This document shows positions 9,188 through 17,935 of a DNA stretch of 32,000 nucleotides, one piece after another. How positions within the stretch are numbered: the first letter of the stretch is position 1; every line of letters begins with the position of its first letter. The notes under the pieces are model-generated. The model was given only the letters and a program-made list of their open reading frames with translations, had not been told where the DNA came from and searched no databases. The position numbers and the translations under genes are program-made. Source of the stretch: Bifidobacterium longum subsp. longum JCM 1217 (lineage in GTDB: Bacteria; Actinomycetota; Actinomycetes; Actinomycetales; Bifidobacteriaceae); NCBI RefSeq assembly GCF_000196555.1, contig NC_015067.1, positions 2,160,001 through 2,192,000 of the forward strand, given 5' to 3'.

Positions 9188-10906
9188 CTATCTTTTGAGA
9201 AGATACTTCCTGTTTCTACTGCGCGGCGGCGCAGTGGCGAGAACGAGTCCACGTTTAACGAGCCGGCTCAACGCCTTACGCGTCGTAGGAAGGCCCCTCC
9301 CCGAGCGACGGCCGATTTCGTGGACATCAAGTGGCTTATCCGCCGACAATACGGACAGTATCGCGGATTCCGATGCCGTAAGACCCTTACGGCCCCCACT
9401 CGGCTCCTCACCATCGACCTTCTCCGCTAGTGCGTACCGATCAGGGCCGATTTCATCGGCCAGCCTCGCTTGGACCAATCTATGCAAAATCACCCTGATG
9501 TCGTCGGAATCCAGATACAGCGCGACATGCAACTGCGGAACCGTCATATCGCCATGCCTCTTCAACAAGAGCAACGCCATACGTTCATGACGAGTCAAGG
9601 GGACGCCCACATGATCAAGCCAGTCACGGTTCTCCTGCTGCTCCACGCCGTAGCGTCCAAGAACGACCGTGAACCGATCGGGAGTTGCGCGGAACACAGG
9701 TTCCCCCAGTGCACGGGATTTCATCTCGCGAATCACCAGAGGGATGCCGGAGCCACCGCCTTCCACGGTCACATCATTCGCATCGTCATACGGTATCTGA
9801 TGAAGCAGCTGCATCAACGTCGCATTGCGGCAGCATGACACGCCGCTGCCGATCGTGGCCAGCGTGACCCCACCCCATAATCCGCCAGGATTCGACACCT
9901 CCACCCGATCGGGGTAGATGTCCACGGTCACGGATTCTCCGAGGAATTGCGCATCATATTCCCTGTGAACCACGGCATTGGCGACGACCTCGCGCAGCAC
10001 CTCCTTTGGAATCTCGCTATCGGTACGGGCTCCGACCCCCACGACGAACGTGGGAGCCCGCAGGTTTTTGGCGATGGCCTCCACCGCCTGTTCGATTGCC
10101 TCCGGCATATTGCCGTCGCATTGCACACGATCCACGAAACGCGGACCCTCAACCGCCGATTTCTCGACACCCGGATGTGCGACGACGTCAATGATCAGCT
10201 TGGGATAGTACTGCTGCGGGTACTGTCCGGCGGCCAACAGTCCCGCAAGACGCACCTCTCCAACCTTGTTCACCATATTCAATCTGGTCATGCGCTCAAG
10301 ACGAGTATCAGTCCCGCGCAACGCCTTGGAATTACGATGCTCGGCAAGCACCCTGTCCACCGCCTCGGCATTCAGATCGGAGACGTCGGCTTCAGGGACA
10401 ACCATACGATCCGCGGAACTGGGCGTCAGGGCATGGGTCATTTCGAACACTTCGGTTGGCGACAATCTCAAATCCTTGTCGTCCATACGGCGGTACCCAC
10501 CGGTTTGCGGCCCTCTCGCCGTAAGATAGCAGGGTTTGTGCTGAATGCCGTTTTCATGGATGTCGATGACCAGGAACGACAAGCCGTTCTGCTCGCATCG
10601 GGAAACGTCATACTCCGGAGGATTCGTCAACCGTGCTCCTTGCGGATTGCCATCTCCCATACCATCCATGAACTGCGATGCAATATGGTTGGCGTCGAAT
10701 CCCGGAACAGGCGAGAAATCCCCGTCCTCGCTGATTCCCAACAACAGCACGCCGCCCTTGGTGTTGGCGAACGCGCTCACACTCTCCCACACGCTGGTGC
10801 CGATGGTCCGCGCACAGGATTTCGCCTCGAAACGGGCGTCATCGTTGCCTTGGACACGTAGATGTTCCAGCACCTCGGCGATATCGTCATTCGTCCACAT
10901 CATCAT
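9188..10906 (-). CDS. AlbA_2 (Schlafen-like, 'divergent AAA') / HATPase_c_4 / winged-helix putative DNA-binding protein
   Basis: The N-terminus RFEAKSCARTIGTSVWESVSAFANTKGGVLLLGISEDGDFSPVPGF matches the AlbA_2 pattern. The centre, REVVANAVVHREYD..VTVDIYPDRVEVSNPGGLWGG, matches the RecG-C-terminal-like HATPase_c_4 pattern. Two C-terminal wHTH-like segments follow. The SD AAGGGGG abuts the first of three ATGs, so the real start is probably 10900. Confidence 0.7.
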   Translation of the reverse strand: MMMWTNDDIAEVLEHLRVQGNDDARFEAKSCARTIGTSVWESVSAFANTKGGVLLLGISEDGDFSPVPGFDANHIASQFMDGMGDGNPQGARLTNPPEYDVSRCEQNGLSFLVIDIHENGIQHKPCYLTARGPQTGGYRRMDDKDLRLSPTEVFEMTHALTPSSADRMVVPEADVSDLNAEAVDRVLAEHRNSKALRGTDTRLERMTRLNMVNKVGEVRLAGLLAAGQYPQQYYPKLIIDVVAHPGVEKSAVEGPRFVDRVQCDGNMPEAIEQAVEAIAKNLRAPTFVVGVGARTDSEIPKEVLREVVANAVVHREYDAQFLGESVTVDIYPDRVEVSNPGGLWGGVTLATIGSGVSCCRNATLMQLLHQIPYDDANDVTVEGGGSGIPLVIREMKSRALGEPVFRATPDRFTVVLGRYGVEQQENRDWLDHVGVPLTRHERMALLLLKRHGDMTVPQLHVALYLDSDDIRVILHRLVQARLADEIGPDRYALAEKVDGEEPSGGRKGLTASESAILSVLSADKPLDVHEIGRRSGRGLPTTRKALSRLVKRGLVLATAPPRSRNRKYLLKR

Positions 10907-11023
10907 CCCCCTTGATCAGCTTATTTGTCTTACTTGTTGCGACCACATGGATCCAAGCAGTCGCCTCCAATCGACCCCAAACCCACGTCTGAAATCTCAT
11001 GATAACGTGAAGATAAATACTCT

Positions 11024-11064
11024 GTCATGAGCTTATCATGATTGCATCATGATAAGCTCATGAC
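11024..11064. promoter_or_regulatory. 41-bp perfect palindrome in the AT-rich divergent intergenic region (candidate operator)
   Basis: The sequence is GTCATGAGCTTATCATGAT tgc ATCATGATAAGCTCATGAC, with 19-bp arms and a 3-nt centre. A further TCATGATAA copy lies at 10997-11005. A 60-nt stretch around it counted 35% GC. Confidence 0.5.
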
Positions 11065-11273
11065 ATCAAGAACCGGTTTATGACAAGCGACACGAATACG
11101 CATGCCGAACAGCAACAGGAACCTGAACGCAAGCATCAACATGTAAATATCGAAATTGACCGAACCGAGAAAATCACGCACGACATTACGCAAACAGCTA
11201 AACTATCTATAGCACATGAGCATGGGCCGGAACCGGGATGAGACGGCTTCGAACTGAGTATGAGGATGGGAAG

Positions 11274-12302
11274 ATGATCTTCGAGACAAACACGCAGAAA
11301 GCGGGCATCACGAGCGCCGGTGGCGATGGTTCCGGCGAGCGCGCCGACCGCCGCGACCAGCCGGTCGTGTATTTTGTGCTTCCCTGCTACAACGAGGCGG
11401 AAGGGCTCGTGCACACGGCCGACGTGCTGGCCGCCAAAGTCGCACATCTTACCGAAACCGGACGGATCAGCAAACAAAGCCGCATCCTGTTCGTCGACGA
11501 CGGTTCCAAAGACGACACCTGGAGCATCATCCGCAATCTGCACGAACGCGACGCACACTTGTTCGGCGGCGTAAAGCTCTCCCACAACCGTGGCCATCAG
11601 AACGCGCTCCTCGCCGGGCTCATGACCGCGCGCGCCTACGGCTGTGACGCCGCCATCTCCATGGACGCCGACCTGCAGGACGATGTGAACGCGGTCGACG
11701 AGTTCATCGACGGATTCTGCAACGGCAACGAGATTGTCTACGGAGTGCGTTCCGCACGCAAGAAGGACACATGGTTCAAGCGCACCACCGCCGAAGCCTT
11801 CTACAAGGTGTTCGAGTGGATGGGTGCCGAGACGGTACCCGATCACGCCGATTACCGTCTCATGAGCCGCGAGACGCTCGACGCGCTCAGCGAATACCAC
11901 GAAGTCAACCTGTTCCTGCGTGGCATCGTGCCCACACTCGGCTACCAGACCAGCAAAGTCTACTACGAGCGCGGCGAACGCGAGGCGGGCGAATCCAAAT
12001 ACCCGTTGAAGAAGATGATCGCCTTCGCGATTCAGGGCATCACCTCGTTCTCCACGAAGCCGCTGAGCTTCGTCACCGGCGCCGGACTGCTGTCTATCCT
12101 GGTAGCGATTGGCATGTTCGTGTACGTGCTCGTCTCGCTCGGGTTCGGCCACGCCATCGCCGGCTGGGGGTCCATGATGATCTCCATCTGGCTCATCGGC
12201 GGACTCATCATGCTCTCCCTCGGCATCGTCGGCGAATACGTCGGCAAGATTTATATGGAATCCAAACATCGCCCCCGTTACCGCATCGAAACCACGCTGT
12301 AG
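11274..12302 (+). CDS. GT2-family polyprenyl-phosphate glycosyltransferase (GtrB/CsbB-like) with two C-terminal TM helices
   Basis: Motifs include VYFVLPCYNEAEG, FVDDGSKDDT, SMDADLQDD and YRLMSR, followed by hydrophobic segments LLSILVAIGMFVYVLV and MMISIWLIGGLIMLSLGIVGEY. Start 11274 has GAGGA 7 nt upstream; an alternative ATG is at 11238. Confidence 0.85.
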   Translation: MIFETNTQKAGITSAGGDGSGERADRRDQPVVYFVLPCYNEAEGLVHTADVLAAKVAHLTETGRISKQSRILFVDDGSKDDTWSIIRNLHERDAHLFGGVKLSHNRGHQNALLAGLMTARAYGCDAAISMDADLQDDVNAVDEFIDGFCNGNEIVYGVRSARKKDTWFKRTTAEAFYKVFEWMGAETVPDHADYRLMSRETLDALSEYHEVNLFLRGIVPTLGYQTSKVYYERGEREAGESKYPLKKMIAFAIQGITSFSTKPLSFVTGAGLLSILVAIGMFVYVLVSLGFGHAIAGWGSMMISIWLIGGLIMLSLGIVGEYVGKIYMESKHRPRYRIETTL

Positions 12303-12339
12303 GAGGGACCGGCGGCCAGCGTGACGGCCCCTCCTACAG
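12297..12339 (+). terminator. Stem-loop overlapping the GT2 stop codon (possible terminator/attenuator)
   Basis: CTGTAGGAGGG (12297-12307) pairs perfectly with CCCTCCTACAG (12329-12339). No clear T-tract follows. Confidence 0.3.
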
Positions 12340-12406
12340 TGCTTGGATTGTATCTATTTTGTCCTCATCATACGAGTCAACGCGTATAGCAATGCCCCTT
12401 GCTTGA

Positions 12407-13210
12407 GGCGAAAATGAGACCGTCGCCGTTCTCCTGCCTTGTTATAACGAAGAGGTGACCATCGGCAAGGTGGTGCGCGACTTCCGTGCGGCGCTGCCCG
12501 ACGCGGCCATCTACGTGTACGACAACAACTCCACCGACCGCACGGCCGAAATCGCCGCCGCGCCCGACATAGTCGCCAAGGTGCTCGAAGGCTATGACAT
12601 GGTGATCGGCGACCGCCTCTCATCCACTTATTTCCAAGAGAACAAGCGCCCGTTCCACAACTTCGGCAACCGACTTGTGCGCGGCTCCATCAACCACCTG
12701 TTCCGCGCGCACGTCACCGACATCATGACCGGATACCGCGCGTTCAGCTTCACCTTCGTCAAAACCTACCCCGTGCTCTCGCGCGGCTTCGAGGTCGAGA
12801 CCGAGATGACCATCCACTCGCTGAACAACAACCTGCGACTCTACGAGATGCCAATCCAGTACCGTGACCGCCCCGAAGGCTCAGTGTCCAAGCTGGACAC
12901 CGTAGGTGACGGCATCAAGGTCATGAGCACCATCTTCCGCATGATCCGCGAATACAAGCCCCTTCCCTTCTTCGGAGGGTTGGGCCTGATCATTGGCATC
13001 GTCGGCATCGTGCTGTGCGGCACAGTTACCTTCGAATTCGCCAAAACCGGCGTGGTCACGCACTTCCCCACGCTGATCGGCGCGGTGATGCTGGTCATCA
13101 CGGGGCTTCTGTTCATCATCGCCGGTATTATCCTGGATGTCATGGCCAAGAATGACCGCAAGACCTTCGTCATTGACACCAACAAAATCGCATACAACAA
13201 GAGGCACTGA
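12407..13210 (+). pseudogene. Decayed GT2 paralog lacking a start codon and the DxD region
   Basis: The in-frame sequence after TGA 12404-12406 reads GENETVAVLLPCYNEEVTIGKV, with no ATG/GTG/TTG before the PCYNEE motif. There are only 20 residues between DNNSTD and MVIGDR, against 73 in the neighbouring intact GT2. The DxD-containing segment is therefore missing. The C-terminal TM helices are retained. Confidence 0.65.
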
Positions 13211-13222
13211 CAGCGACGTACT

Positions 13223-13261
13223 AAAAGATGGGGCGCAACCGTGAGTCGCACCCCATCTTTT
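13223..13261. terminator. Rho-independent terminator, potentially bidirectional
   Basis: AAAAGATGGGG (13223-13233) pairs with CCCCATCTTTT (13251-13261). The hairpin is flanked by an A-tract on the left and a T-tract on the right. It lies 13 nt after the GT2 pseudogene stop. Confidence 0.6.
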
Positions 13262-14163
13262 AGTGTCAGCCCAAACCGCAAAATATGAAGGTGGGCAAAT
13301 CATTTACCTGGTATCTGCCATGCTTTCTTGAACGTCAACAATGACACCCCCACTCATCTTCAGCTGGTTCGACCACACACTCAATACGCGCACCAACCTC
13401 AAGCGCATAATCGGTATCCGTCCACATACGACAAGCCGATTGAATCGATATACCGTTCTCCCTCCCCTACCATTAAGCATCCTTTCGGAGTCCCTCATTA
13501 TCCTTTTCCAGCCACAGGTACCACAAATCTCTCATACCTTGGATAAGCAAGGATATTTCCCCTCTGATTTGGCACGCATCAAAATGCCTTTCCAGTGGGA
13601 GGATTCGCGCATGCTGTACGGGCTACAGATGATTGACATGGCTCTTTTCATGTGTGGACGTGCGAGCGGCATCGATAGCGCCAAGAAATTAAATGACGGA
13701 GACAAAGCCGTGCTAAAAATCGTTGATGTTATTCGCCCTCCATCATAAATGTGGACACGGGTTCAAGGCTTCTCATCAGATGAAGTCATGCTCATCAAAC
13801 CTACTTACGCAACATCCAACGCCGGGCATTAGTACCGTTGCTGGAATAGAGCTGAACGTTGGCACCATTAATGGTGGAACCGTTCTCCAAATCATACGTC
13901 TAGGACCCTTCCAGAACTGCCTTCAAATATCGCTCAATCACCACCAACACCTCATATATATAGTGGGACATATGTCTGATGCTTCCGATGCCTCTGATGC
14001 TGTTTCTACTCCTTCGACCGTGTTCTCACGAGTGGCGGCGAGCGCTGCGTGGAAGCGGCTGAACCGTTTGATGCCGGCCTTGGCATGTCGAAATTCACGT
14101 TCACCCCGCTTCTGCTGCTGGGATTCCTGGCTTTGATACCGTGGCATAGCGCCGTATCCGAAT

Positions 14164-15342
14164 CTACAGCCGTACCTTCCGCAGCAGACGCTGCACGGGC
14201 TTAAGCACCACGGTATCGGCTATCACCGCGAATACCAGCGCCGCCAGCAACGTAGCGCCAAACATCAGCACACTGATACCCGCATACGACCATCCGTTCG
14301 TCGGCGTGGGCATCCTCGGGCCAATCAGCACCTTGGACAGCGGCGAGTGCACCAAGTAAATCGTGTAGGAATATCCGGCAAGCCAAATAATCGCCTTACG
14401 CAACCGTGCTGACGTAATGTGCACGTCGTAGCGGAAAAACAGGAACACCGTCATCACCACTATCGCAAAGGCAACCGTAAGCGTGCGGCCGACCTGAACC
14501 TGCTGACCGGTGAACAGATGCGGCGTGGCGACGGTCCAGGCCAAGGCGAATGGTGCCAACGCATACAAACCATACCGTGCGCGTGCGGAAGGTGGGTAGT
14601 ATTCCAGCACAAAGCCCAGCAGATAGTAAACCAGCAGTCCACGCCATGGGAATGACTGCAAGAACACCAGCGGATATCCGGCAAGATTACAGATTTGTTC
14701 GGCAGCGGCCACGGCGGCGGCCAGCCCGACCAGCAACCAGGCGCCCGATCGGCCTATCGTACGCATCATCGCGGCCAGGAACGGCGTTGCCAGCACGAAA
14801 CCGGCGAGCATGAACACGAACCAATAGACGGAATCGTCATACCCGGAGAACAGATCGAACAACGTTCCAGACACAGCGCCGCCAACCGAACGATGATCAA
14901 TCACCAGGTAGGCGACGAATCCCATGCCACCCGCATACAGCAGATACGGCACAATCAGCGAGACAAAGCGTTTGTAGTAGTAGCGCGCGTACGGCGCGAG
15001 GCTGCTGGGATCGGCTTGGCCCGCACCGCCGCCTGCCCGGGCATCAGAGCCAGAGCCCGGCAGACGGCCCGCTGAGTGGGTGCTCACCGGCCGGTCGGCA
15101 TCGAATGTCAGGTTGAACCGGCCCGATACCATAATGAACAGCGGATTGCAGACCATGAACAGCGCGAACAGCACGGATCGCGTCACTTCCGCGCTGCCGG
15201 CGAGGGTCATCTTGACGGGCATGTAGTTGTTGATCACGTGGACGCCGATGACCAGGCACATCGCCACCACGCGCAGCAGATCGTAGTTCACGTCGCGCGG
15301 CTTGCCGGCGACGCCGGAAACGGAATCGGGCATGGTCATCAC
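14164..15342 (-). CDS. Membrane acyltransferase, family 3 (O-acyltransferase of surface glycans)
   Basis: The 392-aa polytopic protein starts ..NYDLLRVVAMCLVIGVHV, typical of Acyl_transf_3. It has about 10 hydrophobic segments. Confidence 0.8.
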   Translation of the reverse strand: MMTMPDSVSGVAGKPRDVNYDLLRVVAMCLVIGVHVINNYMPVKMTLAGSAEVTRSVLFALFMVCNPLFIMVSGRFNLTFDADRPVSTHSAGRLPGSGSDARAGGGAGQADPSSLAPYARYYYKRFVSLIVPYLLYAGGMGFVAYLVIDHRSVGGAVSGTLFDLFSGYDDSVYWFVFMLAGFVLATPFLAAMMRTIGRSGAWLLVGLAAAVAAAEQICNLAGYPLVFLQSFPWRGLLVYYLLGFVLEYYPPSARARYGLYALAPFALAWTVATPHLFTGQQVQVGRTLTVAFAIVVMTVFLFFRYDVHITSARLRKAIIWLAGYSYTIYLVHSPLSKVLIGPRMPTPTNGWSYAGISVLMFGATLLAALVFAVIADTVVLKPVQRLLRKVRL

Positions 15343-17594
15343 ATGGATCCCGCCAGGGACTTCAGATCGACCGGGCAGCTGATCTGACTCTTCAACTTGT
15401 CCAAGGCGTCCAGGCCGGCCGAGGGATCGGAGGACGCGTCCTTATGCGCGTCGTTCTTGCCGCCGTCCGCGCCGCCGTTCGCGCCATCGGCACCGTTCGC
15501 ACCATCGGCGCCGTTCGTATCGGCCGGGCACTCATCGGTCACATTACCGTTGGAGCCCGTCTCGACGCCATCCGCATTCACCACCGGCGTGGTTACCACG
15601 TTCAGTGGATGTGTGGCATCGCTGCTGACCCGAACGGTATAAGCAATCGTCAATTCTTTTCCGGGCTCGATCCACTGCTGGTTGAACATAATGTACTGAC
15701 GGTCATACAGGCTCGCGGTGTTGGTACCCCATGAATCTATATCAGCCTGCACAGCGGTGATCTCGCCACCGTACGGAGCGGTAAGCACCACGCGGTACAA
15801 CATGCCGCCGAGCACTGGATTCTCCGAGCCGCCATTAACGAAATCAGGCAACGATTCGGCCTTAGCCTTAGTCAGCGTGTTCTTCATGGTGAAGGTGACC
15901 GTGTATTCGTCACCGAGCTGATCTTCCGTAAACTGACCCAGATGCGTGTTACGCACGGCTGTCGTGATGCGCTTATCCAGCACGCCAGAATACAGGGCGT
16001 TCTGGCTGGCTGAGGCGTCGCCGCAGGTTTTTGTGACCGTGGTGGAGGTCTTCAGATACCAATCCTGCTTGCCTTGCTGCAGCTCCGAAAGATAGATGCC
16101 GGCTTCGGGCACCTGACTGTCAGCAGACAACTCGCCACTGGCCTTATCGTCGATAAGTCCGGTGGCAATCAGCGCCTCCTGCTCATCCGGATCAGCCATC
16201 CATAGCTTGAAATGACCGCTAGCGCTGGTATCTCTAATTGCCTTCAACAGCGGGGATGCGGTAGAGGCATTCGCGTTGCCAAGCACATGGTTCATAATTG
16301 CTTGAGCCGCTTCGGAAACGAAGTTGTTCTGCTGCTCGAAGTCCGGGTAATCCGTGTACAGGTCTGAAGCGAAGAACGGCACCGTGGTGGTGCTATCCAG
16401 CACTCGGCCGTCCGAAAGTTTGACCTCGCCTGTGGCTCCCAGCAATGCCTGGAGAAATACGGGATCGAGTGACAATACACCCGCTACGTTCTCGTCTTCG
16501 TTGCCTTTCTGATACAGCCACATGTATTTGTTCATCTGTGCCACACGCTGGAATTCGGGGTCGATGGTCGTGGTGGCCGGGTACTGGTCAAAAGTGCCAC
16601 CAAATACCTGGCGCTCCTTCAGCACCGTATCATCCATTGGCTCCTCAGGAATGTCCCAACCAGAAGTGGTGGCGAAATCACCGATGGTAATCGTGCCCTT
16701 ATCTGCCGTGATTGCGGCGATGGTGCCTACCATGCCGCCCGCCGAACGTAGCTCGGCCGGGTTCTGCACCATCACCAAATACGTGCGCTTGCCGTCCTCG
16801 CCAAGCAGTTGCGGTAGCAAGTTAATGAGGCCATCGTATTCGCCGATCATCGAATCCACGGTCTTGAGCGCAGCCTTTTCGGTTTCGAGCACGGTGGCCA
16901 CCTTGGCGACGCTCGGAGTCGGCACCTTGTTGAGCTTGGTGAGCTGCTGCGAGATATCCTTATGCGCCTGCTTGACGATATCCGGCATATCCATCAGGGC
17001 GCTGACGTCCACCGAGCCATTCTTCAGGGAGAAGCCCTGCAATCGTTTGGACAGGTTCAGCAGATCAGTGAACGGACCGTTGACCAGCGTATCCACGGAA
17101 GCCAGCATTTCGCGGGCGGCGGTGATGTCGCTTCCGAATCGCGAATGGTCGCGGAAGAAGTCCCACTGTGGGCCGTTCAGCTCCGCATTGAGATCATTGG
17201 TGGCATTGACCAGCTCTTGGGAGATGTCCGACAGACTCTTATCGCTGCCACAGCCAAGTGCCGAATTGGCCAGACTTTCGGCGGATGTCAGCACGCGCTG
17301 CGCATCCGTGGCCATTCTCGAGACGGATGCCGCGTAGAGCGTGCCCACACAGGTGACGCTGGCCAGCAACGTCAGCAGCAGTACAACCACCACTCGCGCC
17401 CATATCGGCGTACGGCTGATCAGCGAACGGCCGTTACCACCCACGTGCTGGGGAGTCTTCAGGTTTACGGGACCCGTCTGCTGATTCACAGCGCTATTCG
17501 TAGATGCGGAGCGATTGAATTTTCCGTTACCGGCATGACGTCTTCTCCTACGCCCCACAGCCTTATGGCTCGAATGCCCTGAAGTGAATCGCAT
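15339..17594 (-). CDS. DUF4012-domain envelope protein (N-terminal TM anchor)
   Basis: The 751-aa product has a basic N-terminus followed by the TM segment VVVVLLLTLLASVTCV. The core motif is KRTYLVMVQNPAELRSAGGMVGTIAAITADKGTITIGDF. Its stop overlaps the acyltransferase start (ATGA at 15339-15342). Confidence 0.75.
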   Translation of the reverse strand: MRFTSGHSSHKAVGRRRRRHAGNGKFNRSASTNSAVNQQTGPVNLKTPQHVGGNGRSLISRTPIWARVVVVLLLTLLASVTCVGTLYAASVSRMATDAQRVLTSAESLANSALGCGSDKSLSDISQELVNATNDLNAELNGPQWDFFRDHSRFGSDITAAREMLASVDTLVNGPFTDLLNLSKRLQGFSLKNGSVDVSALMDMPDIVKQAHKDISQQLTKLNKVPTPSVAKVATVLETEKAALKTVDSMIGEYDGLINLLPQLLGEDGKRTYLVMVQNPAELRSAGGMVGTIAAITADKGTITIGDFATTSGWDIPEEPMDDTVLKERQVFGGTFDQYPATTTIDPEFQRVAQMNKYMWLYQKGNEDENVAGVLSLDPVFLQALLGATGEVKLSDGRVLDSTTTVPFFASDLYTDYPDFEQQNNFVSEAAQAIMNHVLGNANASTASPLLKAIRDTSASGHFKLWMADPDEQEALIATGLIDDKASGELSADSQVPEAGIYLSELQQGKQDWYLKTSTTVTKTCGDASASQNALYSGVLDKRITTAVRNTHLGQFTEDQLGDEYTVTFTMKNTLTKAKAESLPDFVNGGSENPVLGGMLYRVVLTAPYGGEITAVQADIDSWGTNTASLYDRQYIMFNQQWIEPGKELTIAYTVRVSSDATHPLNVVTTPVVNADGVETGSNGNVTDECPADTNGADGANGADGANGGADGGKNDAHKDASSDPSAGLDALDKLKSQISCPVDLKSLAGSM
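15471..15524 (-). repeat. Short in-frame tandem repeat (18-nt unit) encoding NGADGA NGADGA NGGADGG
   Basis: GCCGATGG(T/C)GCGAACGG(T/C) units are read on the minus strand, near the C-terminus of the DUF4012 protein. Confidence 0.6.
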
Positions 17595-17935
17595 ACTTAC
17601 CCTGCCCGAAAATCTGCTCAGCTCATACTCTTATCCAGCGGCGCGAGGCCACGCTTCCGGATGCCGGACTCCGGGCAAATCCGGAATCGCAGACATGCCG
17701 GAGCACACGTGACGCCACGCATATCTCATGCCAGTGTACCGATGCCACCGAAATAGACCGAGGATTTATCCCATACTGGGTGCAAATCCCCGCATGACCA
17801 CCACATCGCTGTCAGAATGTTCTCAGACTTCATTGAGGGGTATAACAGTATTGCGCAAGAAAACGGTCACTAAACGCAACAATAGTTAGAGCCGTATTGA
17901 TTTGTTCGGCTTAGGAGAACGGGAGAGGTAATTAC

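Noticed and set aside
8119-9198. A 359-aa plus-strand ORF, plus other ORFs, antisense to the GH25 gene.
   Set aside because: It is the opposite strand of a gene with a clear signal peptide, a GH25 core and a good SD. The Ser/Ala/Thr-rich translation mirrors the low-complexity linker.
11080-11241. A 53-codon ORF (MTSDTNTHAEQQQEPERKHQHVNIEIDRTEKITHDITQTAKLSIAHEHGPEPG) whose TGA overlaps the alternative GT2 ATG at 11238.
   Set aside because: It has no SD and its AT-rich codon usage is unlike the rest of the window. The better-supported GT2 start is 11274, with GAGGA upstream. It is most likely a chance ORF in an AT-rich promoter region.
11136-12269. A 377-aa minus-strand ORF opposite the intact GT2 gene.
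   Set aside because: It is an antisense shadow ORF. The plus-strand frame carries unambiguous GT2 motifs and TM helices.
13801-13899. A ricin-type lectin-like tail (..NGANVQLYSSNGTNARRW..) on the minus strand.
   Set aside because: It is only 32 codons, is preceded by an in-frame stop, and the QxW motif is imperfect (RRW). I mention it as a possible remnant inside a finding but do not call it as a feature.
13304-14147. ORFs 13341-13748 (+), 13304-13498 (-), 13723-14136 (+) and 13938-14147 (-) in the low-GC gap.
   Set aside because: None has an SD, a recognisable motif or convincing coding-like composition. The 13938-14147 product has only a vague resemblance to transposase C-termini that I could not substantiate.
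17655-17690. TTCCGGAT...ATCCGGAA inverted repeat in the DUF4012/permease divergent intergenic region.
   Set aside because: It has short 8-bp arms, is built from a simple CCGG-containing sequence, and has no second copy or flanking promoter elements that I could identify.
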